Shown piece after piece: positions 23,780-32,836 of a stretch of 41,435 nt of DNA. The notes under the pieces were generated by a model. That model worked only from the letters and a program-made list of their open reading frames with translations. It had not been told where the DNA came from and searched no databases. The first letter of the stretch is position 1. Each line of letters starts with the position of its first letter. A program made the translations under genes and the position numbers. The DNA comes from Pirellulales bacterium. Its GTDB lineage: Bacteria; Planctomycetota; Planctomycetia; Pirellulales; UBA1268. The DNA is taken from positions 1-41,435 of the forward strand of contig JBIIUP010000002.1 of assembly GCA_044339885.1 (NCBI GenBank). Reading direction: 5' to 3'.

Positions 23780-25723
23780 ATGCCAGAACCCGCTCCCCGA
23801 CCGTCGCGGCCTGCGGCCCTCCTGCCGGTCGACGAGGCGATCGCGCTGGGGGCGATCCTGGCCCTGGCGGCCTGGGGCGTGCTCGTCTGGAGCGGACGCG
23901 GCGCGGCACCGGCGCCGCTCGGCCCGCTCGATCCGGGCCGCTGGTTCCCCGGCCGGTCGCTCACGTGGGCCGATCTCCCGCTCGTGGCCATGCTCGTGCT
24001 CGGCGGCGTGCCGCTGGTGTGGGGTCTGGCGCGGAAACTCCTCGCCGGCACGTTCGGTTCGGACCTGCTCGCGGGAATCTCGATCGTCACCAGCGTGGTG
24101 CTCGGGGAGTACCTCGCGGGCGTGCTCGTCGTGCTCATGCTGTCCGGAGGCGAGGCGCTCGAGGCGCGGGCGGTGAGCCGCGCCGGCGACGTGCTCACGG
24201 CGCTGGCCCGCCGGATGCCCACCCGCGCCCGCCGCAAGACCGCCGCCGGCCTCGTCGACGTGGCACTCGACGACCTCGCCGTCGGCGACGTGATCGTGGT
24301 CCTGCCCCACGAGATCTGCCCAGTGGATGGCACCGTCGTGGCCGGCCGCGGGTCGATGGACGAGAGCTACCTGACGGGCGAGCCCTACCGGATGGCGAAG
24401 GCGCCGGGGTCGGCCGTGCTCTCGGGAGCGATCAACGGCCAGGCCGCGCTCGAGATCCACACCGAGCGGGTGGCCGGCGACAGCCGCTACGCGAAGATCA
24501 TGGAAGTGCTGCGGACGAGCGAGGAGCGGCGGCCGCGGCTGCGCCGGCTCGCCGACTCGCTCGGCGCCCTCTACACGCCACTGGCCGTGGCGATCGCCGC
24601 GGCGGCCTGGTTCACCAGCGGCGAGCCGGTGCGGTTCCTGGCCGTGCTCGTCGTCGCCACGCCCTGCCCGCTCCTGATCGCGATCCCGGTGGCGATCATC
24701 GGCGCGGTGTCGCTGGCCGCCCGTCGCGGGATCGTGATCCGCGACCCCGCCATCCTCGAACGGCTGGCCACCTGCCGCACGGCGATCTTCGACAAGACCG
24801 GCACGCTCACCTACGGCACGCCGCAGCTCACGGAGGTCGTCCCGCTCGGCCGGCTCCCGGAGGCCGACGCGATCGCGCTGGCGGCGAGCCTCGAGGCCTA
24901 CTCGAAGCATCCGCTCGCCGCGGCGGTCGTCCAGGCCGCCGCCGACCGCTCCGTGCGGCTGCTCGAGGTGGAGAACCTCGCCGAGAAGCCCGGGCAGGGT
25001 CTCGTCGGCAAGGTCAAGCGGCTCAACGGTGACGACGAGACCCATGAGGTGGCGATCACGAGCCGGCAGAAGCTCGGCGCCGCCGCGGCCTCCCTGCCCG
25101 CCGCGGCCAGCGGCCTGGAGTGCGTGGTCGTGGTGGACGGCGAGCCTGCGGCCCTCCTGCGGTTCCGCGACGCGCCGCGGGCCGACGGCCGCTCCTTCGT
25201 GAGCCACCTTGAGCCGGCCCACCACCTCTCGCGGATCATGCTCGTGTCGGGGGATCGCGAGAGCGAGGTCCGCTGGCTCGCCGATGTGGTCGGGATCAAG
25301 GAGGTGCACGCCGGCATCCAACCCGAGGGCAAGCTGGCCATCGTCGAGGCGGCGATGGCCGAGGCACCGACCGTGTTCGTGGGGGACGGGATCAACGACG
25401 CCCCGGCGCTGGCCGCCGCGACGGTGGGCATCGCCATGGGCGCGGCGAGCGACGTGACGAGCGAGGCCGCCGGCGCCGTGGTCATGGACTCGGCGCTCGA
25501 GCGGGTCGACGAGCTCTTCCACATCGGCTCCCGGATGCGGTCGATCGCGCTGCAGAGCGCCGTCGGCGGCATGGCCGCCAGCGTGGTGGGCATGGCCGTG
25601 GCGGCGGCGGGATATCTGCCGCCGGCGGCGGGGGCGCTCCTCCAGGAGGCGATCGACGTGGTCGCGGTCCTCAACGCCCTGCGGGTGGCCTGGCGACCCG
25701 GCGACCTGACCGATTACCACTGA
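23780..25723 (+). CDS. Heavy-metal P-type (P1B) ATPase with a TPCP transmembrane motif and no N-terminal metal-binding domain
   Basis: DKTGTLTYG phosphorylation site, [14 protein letters not shown]. The TM4 motif reads [11 protein letters not shown]. The last TM carries [16 protein letters not shown]. No CxxC HMA domain and no C-terminal extension. Confidence 0.9.
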   Translation: MPEPAPRPSRPAALLPVDEAIALGAILALAAWGVLVWSGRGAAPAPLGPLDPGRWFPGRSLTWADLPLVAMLVLGGVPLVWGLARKLLAGTFGSDLLAGISIVTSVVLGEYLAGVLVVLMLSGGEALEARAVSRAGDVLTALARRMPTRARRKTAAGLVDVALDDLAVGDVIVVLPHEICPVDGTVVAGRGSMDESYLTGEPYRMAKAPGSAVLSGAINGQAALEIHTERVAGDSRYAKIMEVLRTSEERRPRLRRLADSLGALYTPLAVAIAAAAWFTSGEPVRFLAVLVVATPCPLLIAIPVAIIGAVSLAARRGIVIRDPAILERLATCRTAIFDKTGTLTYGTPQLTEVVPLGRLPEADAIALAASLEAYSKHPLAAAVVQAAADRSVRLLEVENLAEKPGQGLVGKVKRLNGDDETHEVAITSRQKLGAAAASLPAAASGLECVVVVDGEPAALLRFRDAPRADGRSFVSHLEPAHHLSRIMLVSGDRESEVRWLADVVGIKEVHAGIQPEGKLAIVEAAMAEAPTVFVGDGINDAPALAAATVGIAMGAASDVTSEAAGAVVMDSALERVDELFHIGSRMRSIALQSAVGGMAASVVGMAVAAAGYLPPAAGALLQEAIDVVAVLNALRVAWRPGDLTDYH

Positions 25724-25735
25724 CGGGGGCGACCC

Positions 25736-26878
25736 ATGCGCACCATCGTCGTGACCTGCCTGGCGTGGATCACCGCCGTCGGTGGCGCCGCGGCGGCCGA
25801 CCGGCCCAACATCCTCTGGATCTCCGCGGAGGACATCTCCGCCTCCACGCTCGGCTGCTACGGCGGCGCCGCGGACACGCCCCGGCTCGACGCGCTGGCC
25901 CGCGCCGGCCTGCGGTTCGATGCCGCCTTCGCCGCCGCGCCGGTCTGCGCTCCGTCGCGAAGCGCCATCATCACCGGCGTCATGCCGACCACGCTCGGCA
26001 GCCTGCCGATGCGGTGCGCGGCCACGCCGCCGGCGCACGTCGTGGGATTTCCGACGCTGCTCAGCGCCGCTGGCTGGTGGTGCACGAACAACGCGAAGAC
26101 CGACTACAACTTCGATCGGAGCTTCACCGCCGGCTGGCGGCAGTCGAACGGGAAGGCCCACTGGCGCAATCGGCCCGATCCCGCGCAGCCCTTCTTCGCG
26201 GTCTTCAACCTCTCGATCACCCACGAGAGCGGCCTGTTCGGTGACATGCGGGCGGCCGCCCGGCGGGCGCTGCCGACGGAGGCCCGCCGCGATCCGGCGG
26301 ACGTGAGCGTGCCCCCGTGGTATCCCGACACGCCGGTCGTCCGCGCCAGCCTCGCGGCCCGGCTCGAGCTTGCGGCGCTCCTCGACCGCGCGGCGGGCGA
26401 CATCCTCGACGAGCTCGAGGCCGACGGGCTCGCCGACGACACGATCGTGTTCTTCTGGGGCGACCACGGCGAGGGCATTCCGCACGGCAAGCGGTCGCTC
26501 ACCGAACACGGCCTGCGGGTGCCGCTCGTCGTGCACGTGCCCGAGCGGCTCCGCTCGCTGGCGCCGCTGCTCGCCGACCCGGAACCGACGGTGCGGATCG
26601 CGGCGGCGACGAGGCTCCTGCGGTGCGACGCTCCGACCGCCGCCGGCTGGCCGGCGCCGACCGCTGAGCGATCAGCGTCGCGCGATGCGACGCACCGCCC
26701 GCACCGCGGTGGGTGTCGCCGCAGCAGCAGCCGACCCCGCGAGCCAGAGTGCAACGCCCGCCATGGCGCCGGTCGCGACGCCGGCCGGACCTGCCGCCAG
26801 GCCCGCGACGGCACAGGTGCCCGCGGTCGCCGCGAGGCCCGCCGCCTCGCCGGCGCGGCGGCTGTCGCGCTCGCTTGA
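25736..26878 (+). CDS. Formylglycine-dependent sulfatase, apparently lacking the C-terminal subdomain (possible pseudogene)
   Basis: Signal peptide. NILWISAEDIS, CAPSRSAIITG (CxPxR), FFWGDHGEG, GKRSLTEHGLRVPLVVHVP. After about codon 275 only a short HEAT-like LADPEPTVRIAAATRLL remains. From 26672 onward the frame runs antisense through the next gene with a junk-like translation. Confidence 0.65.
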   Translation: MRTIVVTCLAWITAVGGAAAADRPNILWISAEDISASTLGCYGGAADTPRLDALARAGLRFDAAFAAAPVCAPSRSAIITGVMPTTLGSLPMRCAATPPAHVVGFPTLLSAAGWWCTNNAKTDYNFDRSFTAGWRQSNGKAHWRNRPDPAQPFFAVFNLSITHESGLFGDMRAAARRALPTEARRDPADVSVPPWYPDTPVVRASLAARLELAALLDRAAGDILDELEADGLADDTIVFFWGDHGEGIPHGKRSLTEHGLRVPLVVHVPERLRSLAPLLADPEPTVRIAAATRLLRCDAPTAAGWPAPTAERSASRDATHRPHRGGCRRSSSRPREPECNARHGAGRDAGRTCRQARDGTGARGRREARRLAGAAAVALA

Positions 26879-27418
26879 GCCCCGCTGGTGCGCCCGCCAC
26901 TCGGCGGCCAGCGCCGCCGCCTCGCCGACCACCGCGGCCGGAACCAGCGTCTTGAACCCCAGCCGCACGGTCGTGCCGGCGAGCGTGCGAACCGCCACCC
27001 GGCCGCCGGCGCCGGCCGACAACGCCGCGGCCACCCGGGCCGCCGCCGCCCCGACCCGCGCGGCGACGAGGTCGATCTGCCGGCTCGCCCGCCGGCCGGT
27101 GGCGCACCAGGTCGCGAAGTGCTCGCAGTTGGCGACGACCGGCGAATAGCCGTCGCGGCCCACGTGGGCCAGCGCCCGGGCCACGATGGCGGCGGGCTCG
27201 AACGCGGCCGGCGGCTCGGTCACCACGCGGACGGGCCGGCCCGCGGCGAACTCGGCGAGCGTCGTCCGCTCCACCCGGCCTCCGCCGAAGGGCCTGCGGA
27301 AGTCGTCGGGCCGGGCATGCACGACGGTGCCGTCGCCCACGTCGATCCCGTGATGCGAATACGTCACGGTCGACCCCGCGATCCGTCGCTCCACCGCCAG
27401 CCGCTCACCCTGCGCCAT
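26672..27418 (-). CDS. LRAT/NlpC-P60 superfamily (PLAAT-like) acyltransferase/phospholipase with a Gly/Ala-rich hydrophobic C-terminal region
   Basis: ATG at 27418 with GGAGGA 6 nt upstream. YSHHGIDVGDGTVVHA (His box) and VVANCEHFATWC (catalytic Cys). The C-terminal 110 aa are Ala/Gly-rich hydrophobic segments. Confidence 0.8.
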   Translation of the reverse strand: MAQGERLAVERRIAGSTVTYSHHGIDVGDGTVVHARPDDFRRPFGGGRVERTTLAEFAAGRPVRVVTEPPAAFEPAAIVARALAHVGRDGYSPVVANCEHFATWCATGRRASRQIDLVAARVGAAAARVAAALSAGAGGRVAVRTLAGTTVRLGFKTLVPAAVVGEAAALAAEWRAHQRGSSERDSRRAGEAAGLAATAGTCAVAGLAAGPAGVATGAMAGVALWLAGSAAAAATPTAVRAVRRIARR

Positions 27419-27478
27419 GACGAATCCTCCGAGAGCATGATACGCAGTCCGAACCACCACGTTCGCCCCGATTCACCT

Positions 27479-27544
27479 CACCCACGACTCAGCGAGGGTT
27501 CACCCACGACTCAACGAGGACCTACCCACGATTCAGCGAGGGGC
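27479..27544. repeat. Tandem repeat, 3 x 22 bp
   Basis: cacccacgactcagcgagggtt / cacccacgactcaacgaggacc / tacccacgattcagcgaggggc. It lies 61-126 bp upstream of the LRAT-like start codon (the gene is on the minus strand). Confidence 0.9.
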
Positions 27545-27638
27545 TCCCCCTGCCCGGCGAGCCGGCCTAGCCGGCAAGCGCAGCCAGGATGGCGAAGCGC
27601 CGCCGGCTCGGAGTGAGCGGAGCCCAGGAAGGGCGCAG

Positions 27639-27731
27639 CGAACGTCCGGCGAGTGGGCAGGGGGAGCCCCGAGCGCACGCGAACGTCCGGCGAGTGGGCA
27701 GGGGGAGCCCCGAGCCCGCACGAACGTCCGG
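27639..27731. repeat. Tandem repeat, 41-bp unit, 2.3 copies
   Basis: cgaacgtccggcgagtgggcagggggagccccgagc (36 nt) is identical at 27639 and 27680. A third copy starts at 27721 and matches for 11 nt. A 16-nt core (gggcagggggagcccc) is inverted at 27540-27555. Confidence 0.9.
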
Positions 27732-27745
27732 AAATCGCCCGTCCG

Positions 27746-27800
27746 CCGCATCCCCGCCGCATCCCCGCCGCATCCCCGCCGCATCCCCGCCGCATCCCCG
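27746..27800. repeat. Tandem repeat, 5 x 11 bp perfect
   Basis: ccgcatccccg repeated five times without a mismatch. It ends 5 bp from the nupC stop codon. Confidence 0.95.
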
Positions 27801-27805
27801 CAGCT

Positions 27806-29038
27806 TCACGGCAGCATCACGCCGGCGATCGCGGCGGACAGCGCGGTCGCCAGCGTCGAGATCACGAGCATCTTCACGCCCAGGTCGGCGAGGTCGGCCC
27901 GCCGCTGGGGCACGAGGGCCCCGATCCCGCCGATCTGGATGCCGATGCTCGAGATGTTGGCGAAGCTGCACATCGCGATCGTCGCCAGGGAATACGCCTT
28001 CGGCGAGAGCGTCTGCTTCATGCCGCCCAGGTCGAAGTAGGCGATCAGCTCGTTGAGCACCGTGCGGGTGCCGAGCAGGCCGCCGACGGCCGGGCAGTCG
28101 GCCGCCGGCACGCCGATGAGCCAGGCCAGGGGGGCGAAGACGAGCCCGAGGAGCCGCTGGAGCGAGAGCTCGGGCCTGCCGGCGAGGCCGCCGATCCAGC
28201 CCAGCGCCAGGTTCACAAGCGCCACCAGCGCGATGAACGAGATGAGGATCGCCGCCACGTTCGCCGCCAGGAGCATGCCCTCGCGGGTGCCCCGGGCCGC
28301 GGCGGCGAGCACGTTGCCGTCGAGTTTCTCCGCGGCCGCCTCGACGCGGCCGAGCGTCTCGGGAACGCCCTCCTCGGGGATGAAGATCTTCGTCAGGTAG
28401 ATCGTGGCGGGAAATGTCATGAGGATCGCGGTGAGCAGGTCGCGCGGCGCGCAGCCGGCGGCCATGTAGGCGCCGAGGATGCCCCCCGACACCAGTCCCA
28501 TGCCGCTCACCATCACGACCGCGAGCTCCGACCGCGTGAGCCGCGCGAGGTAGGGGCGGATCACGAGCGGCGCCTCGGTCTGCCCGAGGAAGATGCTGGC
28601 GGCGGCGTTGAGCGTCTCGGCGCCGCTCGACCCCAGCACCTTCGCCGTCACCCAGGCGAAGGCCTGCACCACCAGCTGCATGACGCCCAGGTGGTAGAGC
28701 ACCGCGAAGAGCGCGGCCACGAACACGATCGTGGGCAGCACGCGGAAGGCGAACACGAAGCCCGCCGGGCCGGCCGGGTCGACGAGCTTCTCGCCGAACA
28801 CGAACGTCGCGCCGGTCGCGGCGCAGGCCAGCACGCTCTCCACCCACTTCGCGGCCCAGTCGAGCGCCGCCCGCCCCGCCTCGAACCGCAGGAGCAGGAA
28901 GCCGAAGAGCCACTGCAGCCCGAGGCCGCCGAGCACCATCCGCGGCGAGATCCGCCGGCGGTTCTCCGAGAAGGTCCAGGCGACGAGGAGGATGGCGGCG
29001 ACTCCGAGGAGTCCCTGCCAGCGGCCGAGATCGGGCAT
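27806..29038 (-). CDS. nupC: NupC/NupG (CNT) family nucleoside transporter
   Basis: Polytopic, with family-typical RVLPTIVFVAALFAVLYHLGVMQ, AASIFLGQTEAPLVIRPYL and CSFANISSIGIQIGGIG. Confidence 0.9.
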   Translation of the reverse strand: MPDLGRWQGLLGVAAILLVAWTFSENRRRISPRMVLGGLGLQWLFGFLLLRFEAGRAALDWAAKWVESVLACAATGATFVFGEKLVDPAGPAGFVFAFRVLPTIVFVAALFAVLYHLGVMQLVVQAFAWVTAKVLGSSGAETLNAAASIFLGQTEAPLVIRPYLARLTRSELAVVMVSGMGLVSGGILGAYMAAGCAPRDLLTAILMTFPATIYLTKIFIPEEGVPETLGRVEAAAEKLDGNVLAAAARGTREGMLLAANVAAILISFIALVALVNLALGWIGGLAGRPELSLQRLLGLVFAPLAWLIGVPAADCPAVGGLLGTRTVLNELIAYFDLGGMKQTLSPKAYSLATIAMCSFANISSIGIQIGGIGALVPQRRADLADLGVKMLVISTLATALSAAIAGVMLP

Positions 29039-29070
29039 CGGTGCGTTCCGTTGAAGGGTGGACCGGAGGA

Positions 29071-30381
29071 CTACAGGCGTTCCAGGACGAGCGGGGATGG
29101 GGGCGGCGGCTCGGGACCGATCGCGACGGCGTCGGCGAGCAGGTCGAGGGCGGCAGGCACCGCCGCGGCGTGCCCGGGGTTGAACCGCAGCTCGGCGATC
29201 GCGTCGCCGGCGGCCACCCGCTCACCCACCTTCCGGTGCAGGAGGATGCCGGCGGCCGGGTCGATGCCGTCGTTCACCGTGCGCCGCCCGGCACCCAGGA
29301 GCATCGAGGCCTGGCCGACGGGCCAGGCGCGCAGCCGCGTCACGAAGCCGGCGGACGCCGCCCGGAACACCTCCGACCGCGCCGCCCGCGGCAGGACCCG
29401 CTCGGGCTCGTCGCACACCCGCGGGTCGCCCCCCTGCGCCGCCACGACCCGCCGGAACCGCTCGAGCGCCGAGCCGTCGGTGATCGCGCGGCGGCACCGC
29501 CCGAGCGCCGCCTCGCGGTCGGCGGCCACGCCTGCCGCCACGAGCGTCTCGGCGGCGAGTTCGAGCGAGAGTTCGACCAGGTCGGTGGGCCCACCCCCGC
29601 GCAGGCACTCGACGCACTCCGCCACCTCCAGCGCGTTGCCCACCGCGCGGCCGAGCGGTTCGTCCATCGCGGTGATGAGCGCCCGCACCCGCTTGCCGAG
29701 CTCGCGGCCGATCCGCGTCATGCTCTCGGCGAGGGCGCGGGCGTCCTCGCGCTTCGCCATGAACGCACCGTCGCCGGTCTTCACGTCGAGCACGAGCGCG
29801 TCGATTCCCTCGGCGAGCTTCTTGGAGAGGATCGAGGCCGTGATGAGGGGGATGCTCTCGACGGTCGCCGTCGCGTCGCGGAGAGCGTAGAGCACGCGGT
29901 CGGCGGGCGCGATCTCGGCCGTCTGCCCGACGAGCACGAGGCCGCACTCCCGCGCGATCCTTCGGTAGGCGGCGAGGTCCTGGTCGATGCGGAAGCCGGG
30001 AATGCTCTCCAGCTTGTCGAGCGTGCCTCCGGTGTGACCGAGGCCCCGGCCCGACACCATCGGCACCGTCGCCCCGCAGGCGGCCACGATCGGCGCGAGG
30101 ACGAGGCTCGTCTTGTCCCCCACGCCGCCGGTCGAGTGCTTGTCGACCTTGGGGCCGGGAATGTCCCCGAGGTCGATCACCGTGCCGGAATGGAGCATGG
30201 CGTCGACCAGGGCCGCGGTCTCAGCCGGGGCCATCCCCCGCCAGAGAATCGCCATGCACAGCGCCGACCACTGGTAGTCGGGGACCGCGCCGGTGGCGAT
30301 GCCGCCGACGAGAAAGCCGATCTCGGCGGCGGAAAGCTCCCCACCGTCGCGCTTCCGGCGGATCAGGTCGACTGCTCGCAT
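29071..30381 (-). CDS. deoA: Thymidine/pyrimidine-nucleoside phosphorylase
   Basis: MRAVDLIRRKRDGGELS..., VDKHSTGGVGDKTSL, SGRGLGHTGGTLDKLESIPGF. 436 aa. Confidence 0.93.
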   Translation of the reverse strand: MRAVDLIRRKRDGGELSAAEIGFLVGGIATGAVPDYQWSALCMAILWRGMAPAETAALVDAMLHSGTVIDLGDIPGPKVDKHSTGGVGDKTSLVLAPIVAACGATVPMVSGRGLGHTGGTLDKLESIPGFRIDQDLAAYRRIARECGLVLVGQTAEIAPADRVLYALRDATATVESIPLITASILSKKLAEGIDALVLDVKTGDGAFMAKREDARALAESMTRIGRELGKRVRALITAMDEPLGRAVGNALEVAECVECLRGGGPTDLVELSLELAAETLVAAGVAADREAALGRCRRAITDGSALERFRRVVAAQGGDPRVCDEPERVLPRAARSEVFRAASAGFVTRLRAWPVGQASMLLGAGRRTVNDGIDPAAGILLHRKVGERVAAGDAIAELRFNPGHAAAVPAALDLLADAVAIGPEPPPPSPLVLERL

Positions 30382-30427
30382 GGGGCGCTCCGCGCCGGTG
30401 GGCCGCCCGCGGCGGCCGGAACGGTCG

Positions 30428-31066
30428 TCAGTGCGGCCGGCGGGCGGTGCCGAACTGCCGGTCCCCAGCGTCGCCGAGGCCGGGCACGATGAACCCGGAG
30501 TCGTTGAGCCCCTCGTCGATCGCGGCCACGTGGATGCTCACGCCCGGCATGCCGCGCTCGAGGGCCGCCACGCCCTGGGGGCTGGCGATGAGGGCCACGA
30601 AGATGATCCGCCGCACGCCGGCATCGCGGAGGATCTCGCAGGTGCGGACGGCCGAGCCGCCGGTGGCGAGCATGGGATCGACGACGATCGCCACCTCGGC
30701 GTTCACGTCCTGCGGCAACTTGTTGTAGTACTCGCGCGGCTCGAGCGTGCGCTCGTCGCGGAACAGCCCCACGTGCCAGACCTCGGCGTCGGGGATCATC
30801 TCGAGCAGGCCGTCGGCCATGCCGAGCCCGGCCCGGAGGATCGGCACGATCGCGATGCGGTCCTCCACACGGCGCCCCGCCGTCTCGCCGAGGGGCGTCC
30901 GGACGCGGACGTCGCGGGCCGGGATCTCGCGGGTCGCCTCGTAGCCGAGCAGCCGCGTGAGTTGCCGCACCACGCGGCGAAACTCCGACGGCTTCGTGGC
31001 CGGGTCGCGGAGCGCGACCACGTGGTGGGCGACCAGCGGATGCGCGGACACGTGGACGCCGGCCAT
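30428..31066 (-). CDS. upp: Uracil phosphoribosyltransferase
   Basis: HPLVAHHVVALRD, IVPILRAGLGM, VVDPMLATGGS (PRPP loop), GFIVPGLGDAGDRQFGT. ATG 31066 is preferred; an in-frame ATG at 31099 is possible. Confidence 0.9.
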   Translation of the reverse strand: MAGVHVSAHPLVAHHVVALRDPATKPSEFRRVVRQLTRLLGYEATREIPARDVRVRTPLGETAGRRVEDRIAIVPILRAGLGMADGLLEMIPDAEVWHVGLFRDERTLEPREYYNKLPQDVNAEVAIVVDPMLATGGSAVRTCEILRDAGVRRIIFVALIASPQGVAALERGMPGVSIHVAAIDEGLNDSGFIVPGLGDAGDRQFGTARRPH

Positions 31067-31150
31067 GGCGAGTTCCCCGGGGCGGACGGGTTCGATCATA
31101 TCCCGTCCCCGGTGAATGTCGACGGCGGAACGGCAGGGTAGACTGGGGTG

Positions 31151-31597
31151 ATGGCCGACCGAGGAGGGGAGTCCGATTCGCTCGATCCGCTCGTCGCGGC
31201 CGCACGGCGGGCGGCGGACAACGCCCACGCCCCCTACTCGGGCTGGCACGTCGGCGCCGCTGCGATTTTCGCCGGGGCCGCGGGACCGCCGTTCGTGGGC
31301 GCCAACGTCGAGAACCGCTCCTACGGCCTCACGATCTGCGCCGAGCAGACGGCGATCTGCGCCGGCGTCGTGGCCGGAGAGCGGCGGCTCGCCAGGCTCG
31401 CGCTCACCTGCACCGACGCCGCGGGGAACCGCGTGCGCGGCATCGTCCCCTGCGGCGCGTGCCTGCAGGTGATCGCCGAGTTCGGCGGGCCCGACACCGA
31501 GATCGTGATCGACGGCGGCGGCACTTTCCGCCTGGCCGACTTCCTGCCGCGGCCGTTCGGCACCGGCGTCGACGTGCCCCGCCAGGCGCCGTCCTGA
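31151..31597 (+). CDS. cdd: Cytidine deaminase
   Basis: Zinc motifs ICAEQTA (CAE) and PCGACLQ (PCxxC). Divergent from upp. Confidence 0.88.
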   Translation: MADRGGESDSLDPLVAAARRAADNAHAPYSGWHVGAAAIFAGAAGPPFVGANVENRSYGLTICAEQTAICAGVVAGERRLARLALTCTDAAGNRVRGIVPCGACLQVIAEFGGPDTEIVIDGGGTFRLADFLPRPFGTGVDVPRQAPS

Positions 31598-31603
31598 CCC
31601 GCA

Positions 31604-32836
31604 TCAGCGGCCCACGTCGAGGCAGATGAGCGTGGCGTCGTCGCGGAGATAGAGGCGGCCGGCGGCGAGCGCGGGCAGGGCCCGGACCGTGCCGGTGAGC
31701 GGCCGGCACCGCGCGAGCACCTCGAGCCGCGCCGGGTCGGGCCGGACGAGCAGCAGTTCGCCGTCGGTGCGGGCCACCACGAGCTTCCCGTCGGCGGCGA
31801 GCAGGGTGCCGTAGCCGAAGTTCCGCTCCCGCCAGGCCTCGCGGCCGGTGGCCGCCTCGACGCACACGAAGTCGGCCGGCGGCACGTCGTCGCGGCCGTC
31901 GAGCCCGTACAGGTGGTCGCCCACGAGCACCGGGGTGCAGTACTGGCTGGCGAGCGGACCCTCGCCCTGCCAGGCGGGCTTCGCGGCCGCACGGTCGAAG
32001 GCCGCGCACACGCAGCCGATCCCGTAGGCGCTGGTGACCAGGAGCCGGTCGCCGCCGATCACCAGCGGCGTGGCGGCGTTGACGGTCGGCCCGCGCTGCC
32101 CGAAGGGGAATTGCCAGCGGACGTCCCCCGTGACCGGGTCGATGAGCAGGCAGGAGAGCCGCGTGACCATGAGCACGTGCGGCTCGCCATCCACCTCGCG
32201 GGCCACCGGCGCCGAGTAGCTGGCCGCCTCCGCGGTCCGCTGCCAGAGCGTGTCGCCCGTGCCCATGTCGAAGCCGACCACGCCGGCGCCGTCGCGGCCG
32301 CCGACGTTGACGATCACGCGGTCGCCCACCACGACGGGCGTGGAGCCCGCGCCGAAATACCCCTCGGCCGCGGTGAACTCGCGGTGCGTGGCCCGCGACC
32401 AGCGGCGCGCGCCGGTCGCGAGGTCGTGCGCGGAGAGTACGCCTTGGGCACCGAAGGTGATCACCGTCCCGGCCTGCACCACCGGCGCGCACAGGGGCCC
32501 GTCGGGACCGCCGACCTGGGGCCGGAACGTCGTGGGATGATCGGACTTCCAGAGGGTGTCGCCCGTCGCCGCGTCGAGGGCCTCGACGATCTCCCGGTCG
32601 CCCTGCCGGTGGAAGAGGATGGCCCGGGTCCCGACCACGGCCACGCCGGCGTGGCCGCTGCCGACCGACCGCCGCCACACGACCGGTGGGCCGGCGGCGG
32701 GCCACGCGGCGGCGAGTTTCTCGTCGGCCGCCGCCACGCCGTCGCGCGTGGGGCCGAGGATCTGTGGCCAGTCGCCACCGTGGGCCGCGGCGGCGGCGAG
32801 GGCCAGGCACACGCCGGCGTAGTGCCACTGACTCAT
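31604..32836 (-). CDS. Secreted PQQ-like (BamB-type) beta-propeller repeat protein
   Basis: ATG at 32836 overlaps the kinase stop (ATGA). Signal peptide [20 protein letters not shown]. Recurrent D..TG...W blades ([50 protein letters not shown]). Confidence 0.85.
   Translation of the reverse strand: MSQWHYAGVCLALAAAAAHGGDWPQILGPTRDGVAAADEKLAAAWPAAGPPVVWRRSVGSGHAGVAVVGTRAILFHRQGDREIVEALDAATGDTLWKSDHPTTFRPQVGGPDGPLCAPVVQAGTVITFGAQGVLSAHDLATGARRWSRATHREFTAAEGYFGAGSTPVVVGDRVIVNVGGRDGAGVVGFDMGTGDTLWQRTAEAASYSAPVAREVDGEPHVLMVTRLSCLLIDPVTGDVRWQFPFGQRGPTVNAATPLVIGGDRLLVTSAYGIGCVCAAFDRAAAKPAWQGEGPLASQYCTPVLVGDHLYGLDGRDDVPPADFVCVEAATGREAWRERNFGYGTLLAADGKLVVARTDGELLLVRPDPARLEVLARCRPLTGTVRALPALAAGRLYLRDDATLICLDVGR

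Noticed and set aside
23681-26536. 951-aa minus-strand ORF
   Set aside because: It is antisense to the P-type ATPase and the sulfatase, both of which carry unambiguous catalytic motifs on the plus strand. The translation is Arg/Gly/His-rich junk.
27511-27795. ORFs translating to MRRGCGGDAAGMRRGCGG...
   Set aside because: These are a reading of the 11-bp and 41-bp tandem repeats. There is no start context, and they overlap in several frames equally.
27639-27800. Possible CRISPR array, given the regularly repeated 41-bp and 11-bp units
   Set aside because: The copies are directly abutting with no unique spacers. Copy number is tiny and no cas genes are present. These are simple tandem repeats.
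27653-29890. 745-aa plus-strand ORF, the 552-aa minus-strand ORF at 27567-29225, and the 732-aa minus-strand ORF at 37297-39495
   Set aside because: These are shadows of nupC/deoA and of glnN respectively. The partner frames carry the real family motifs.
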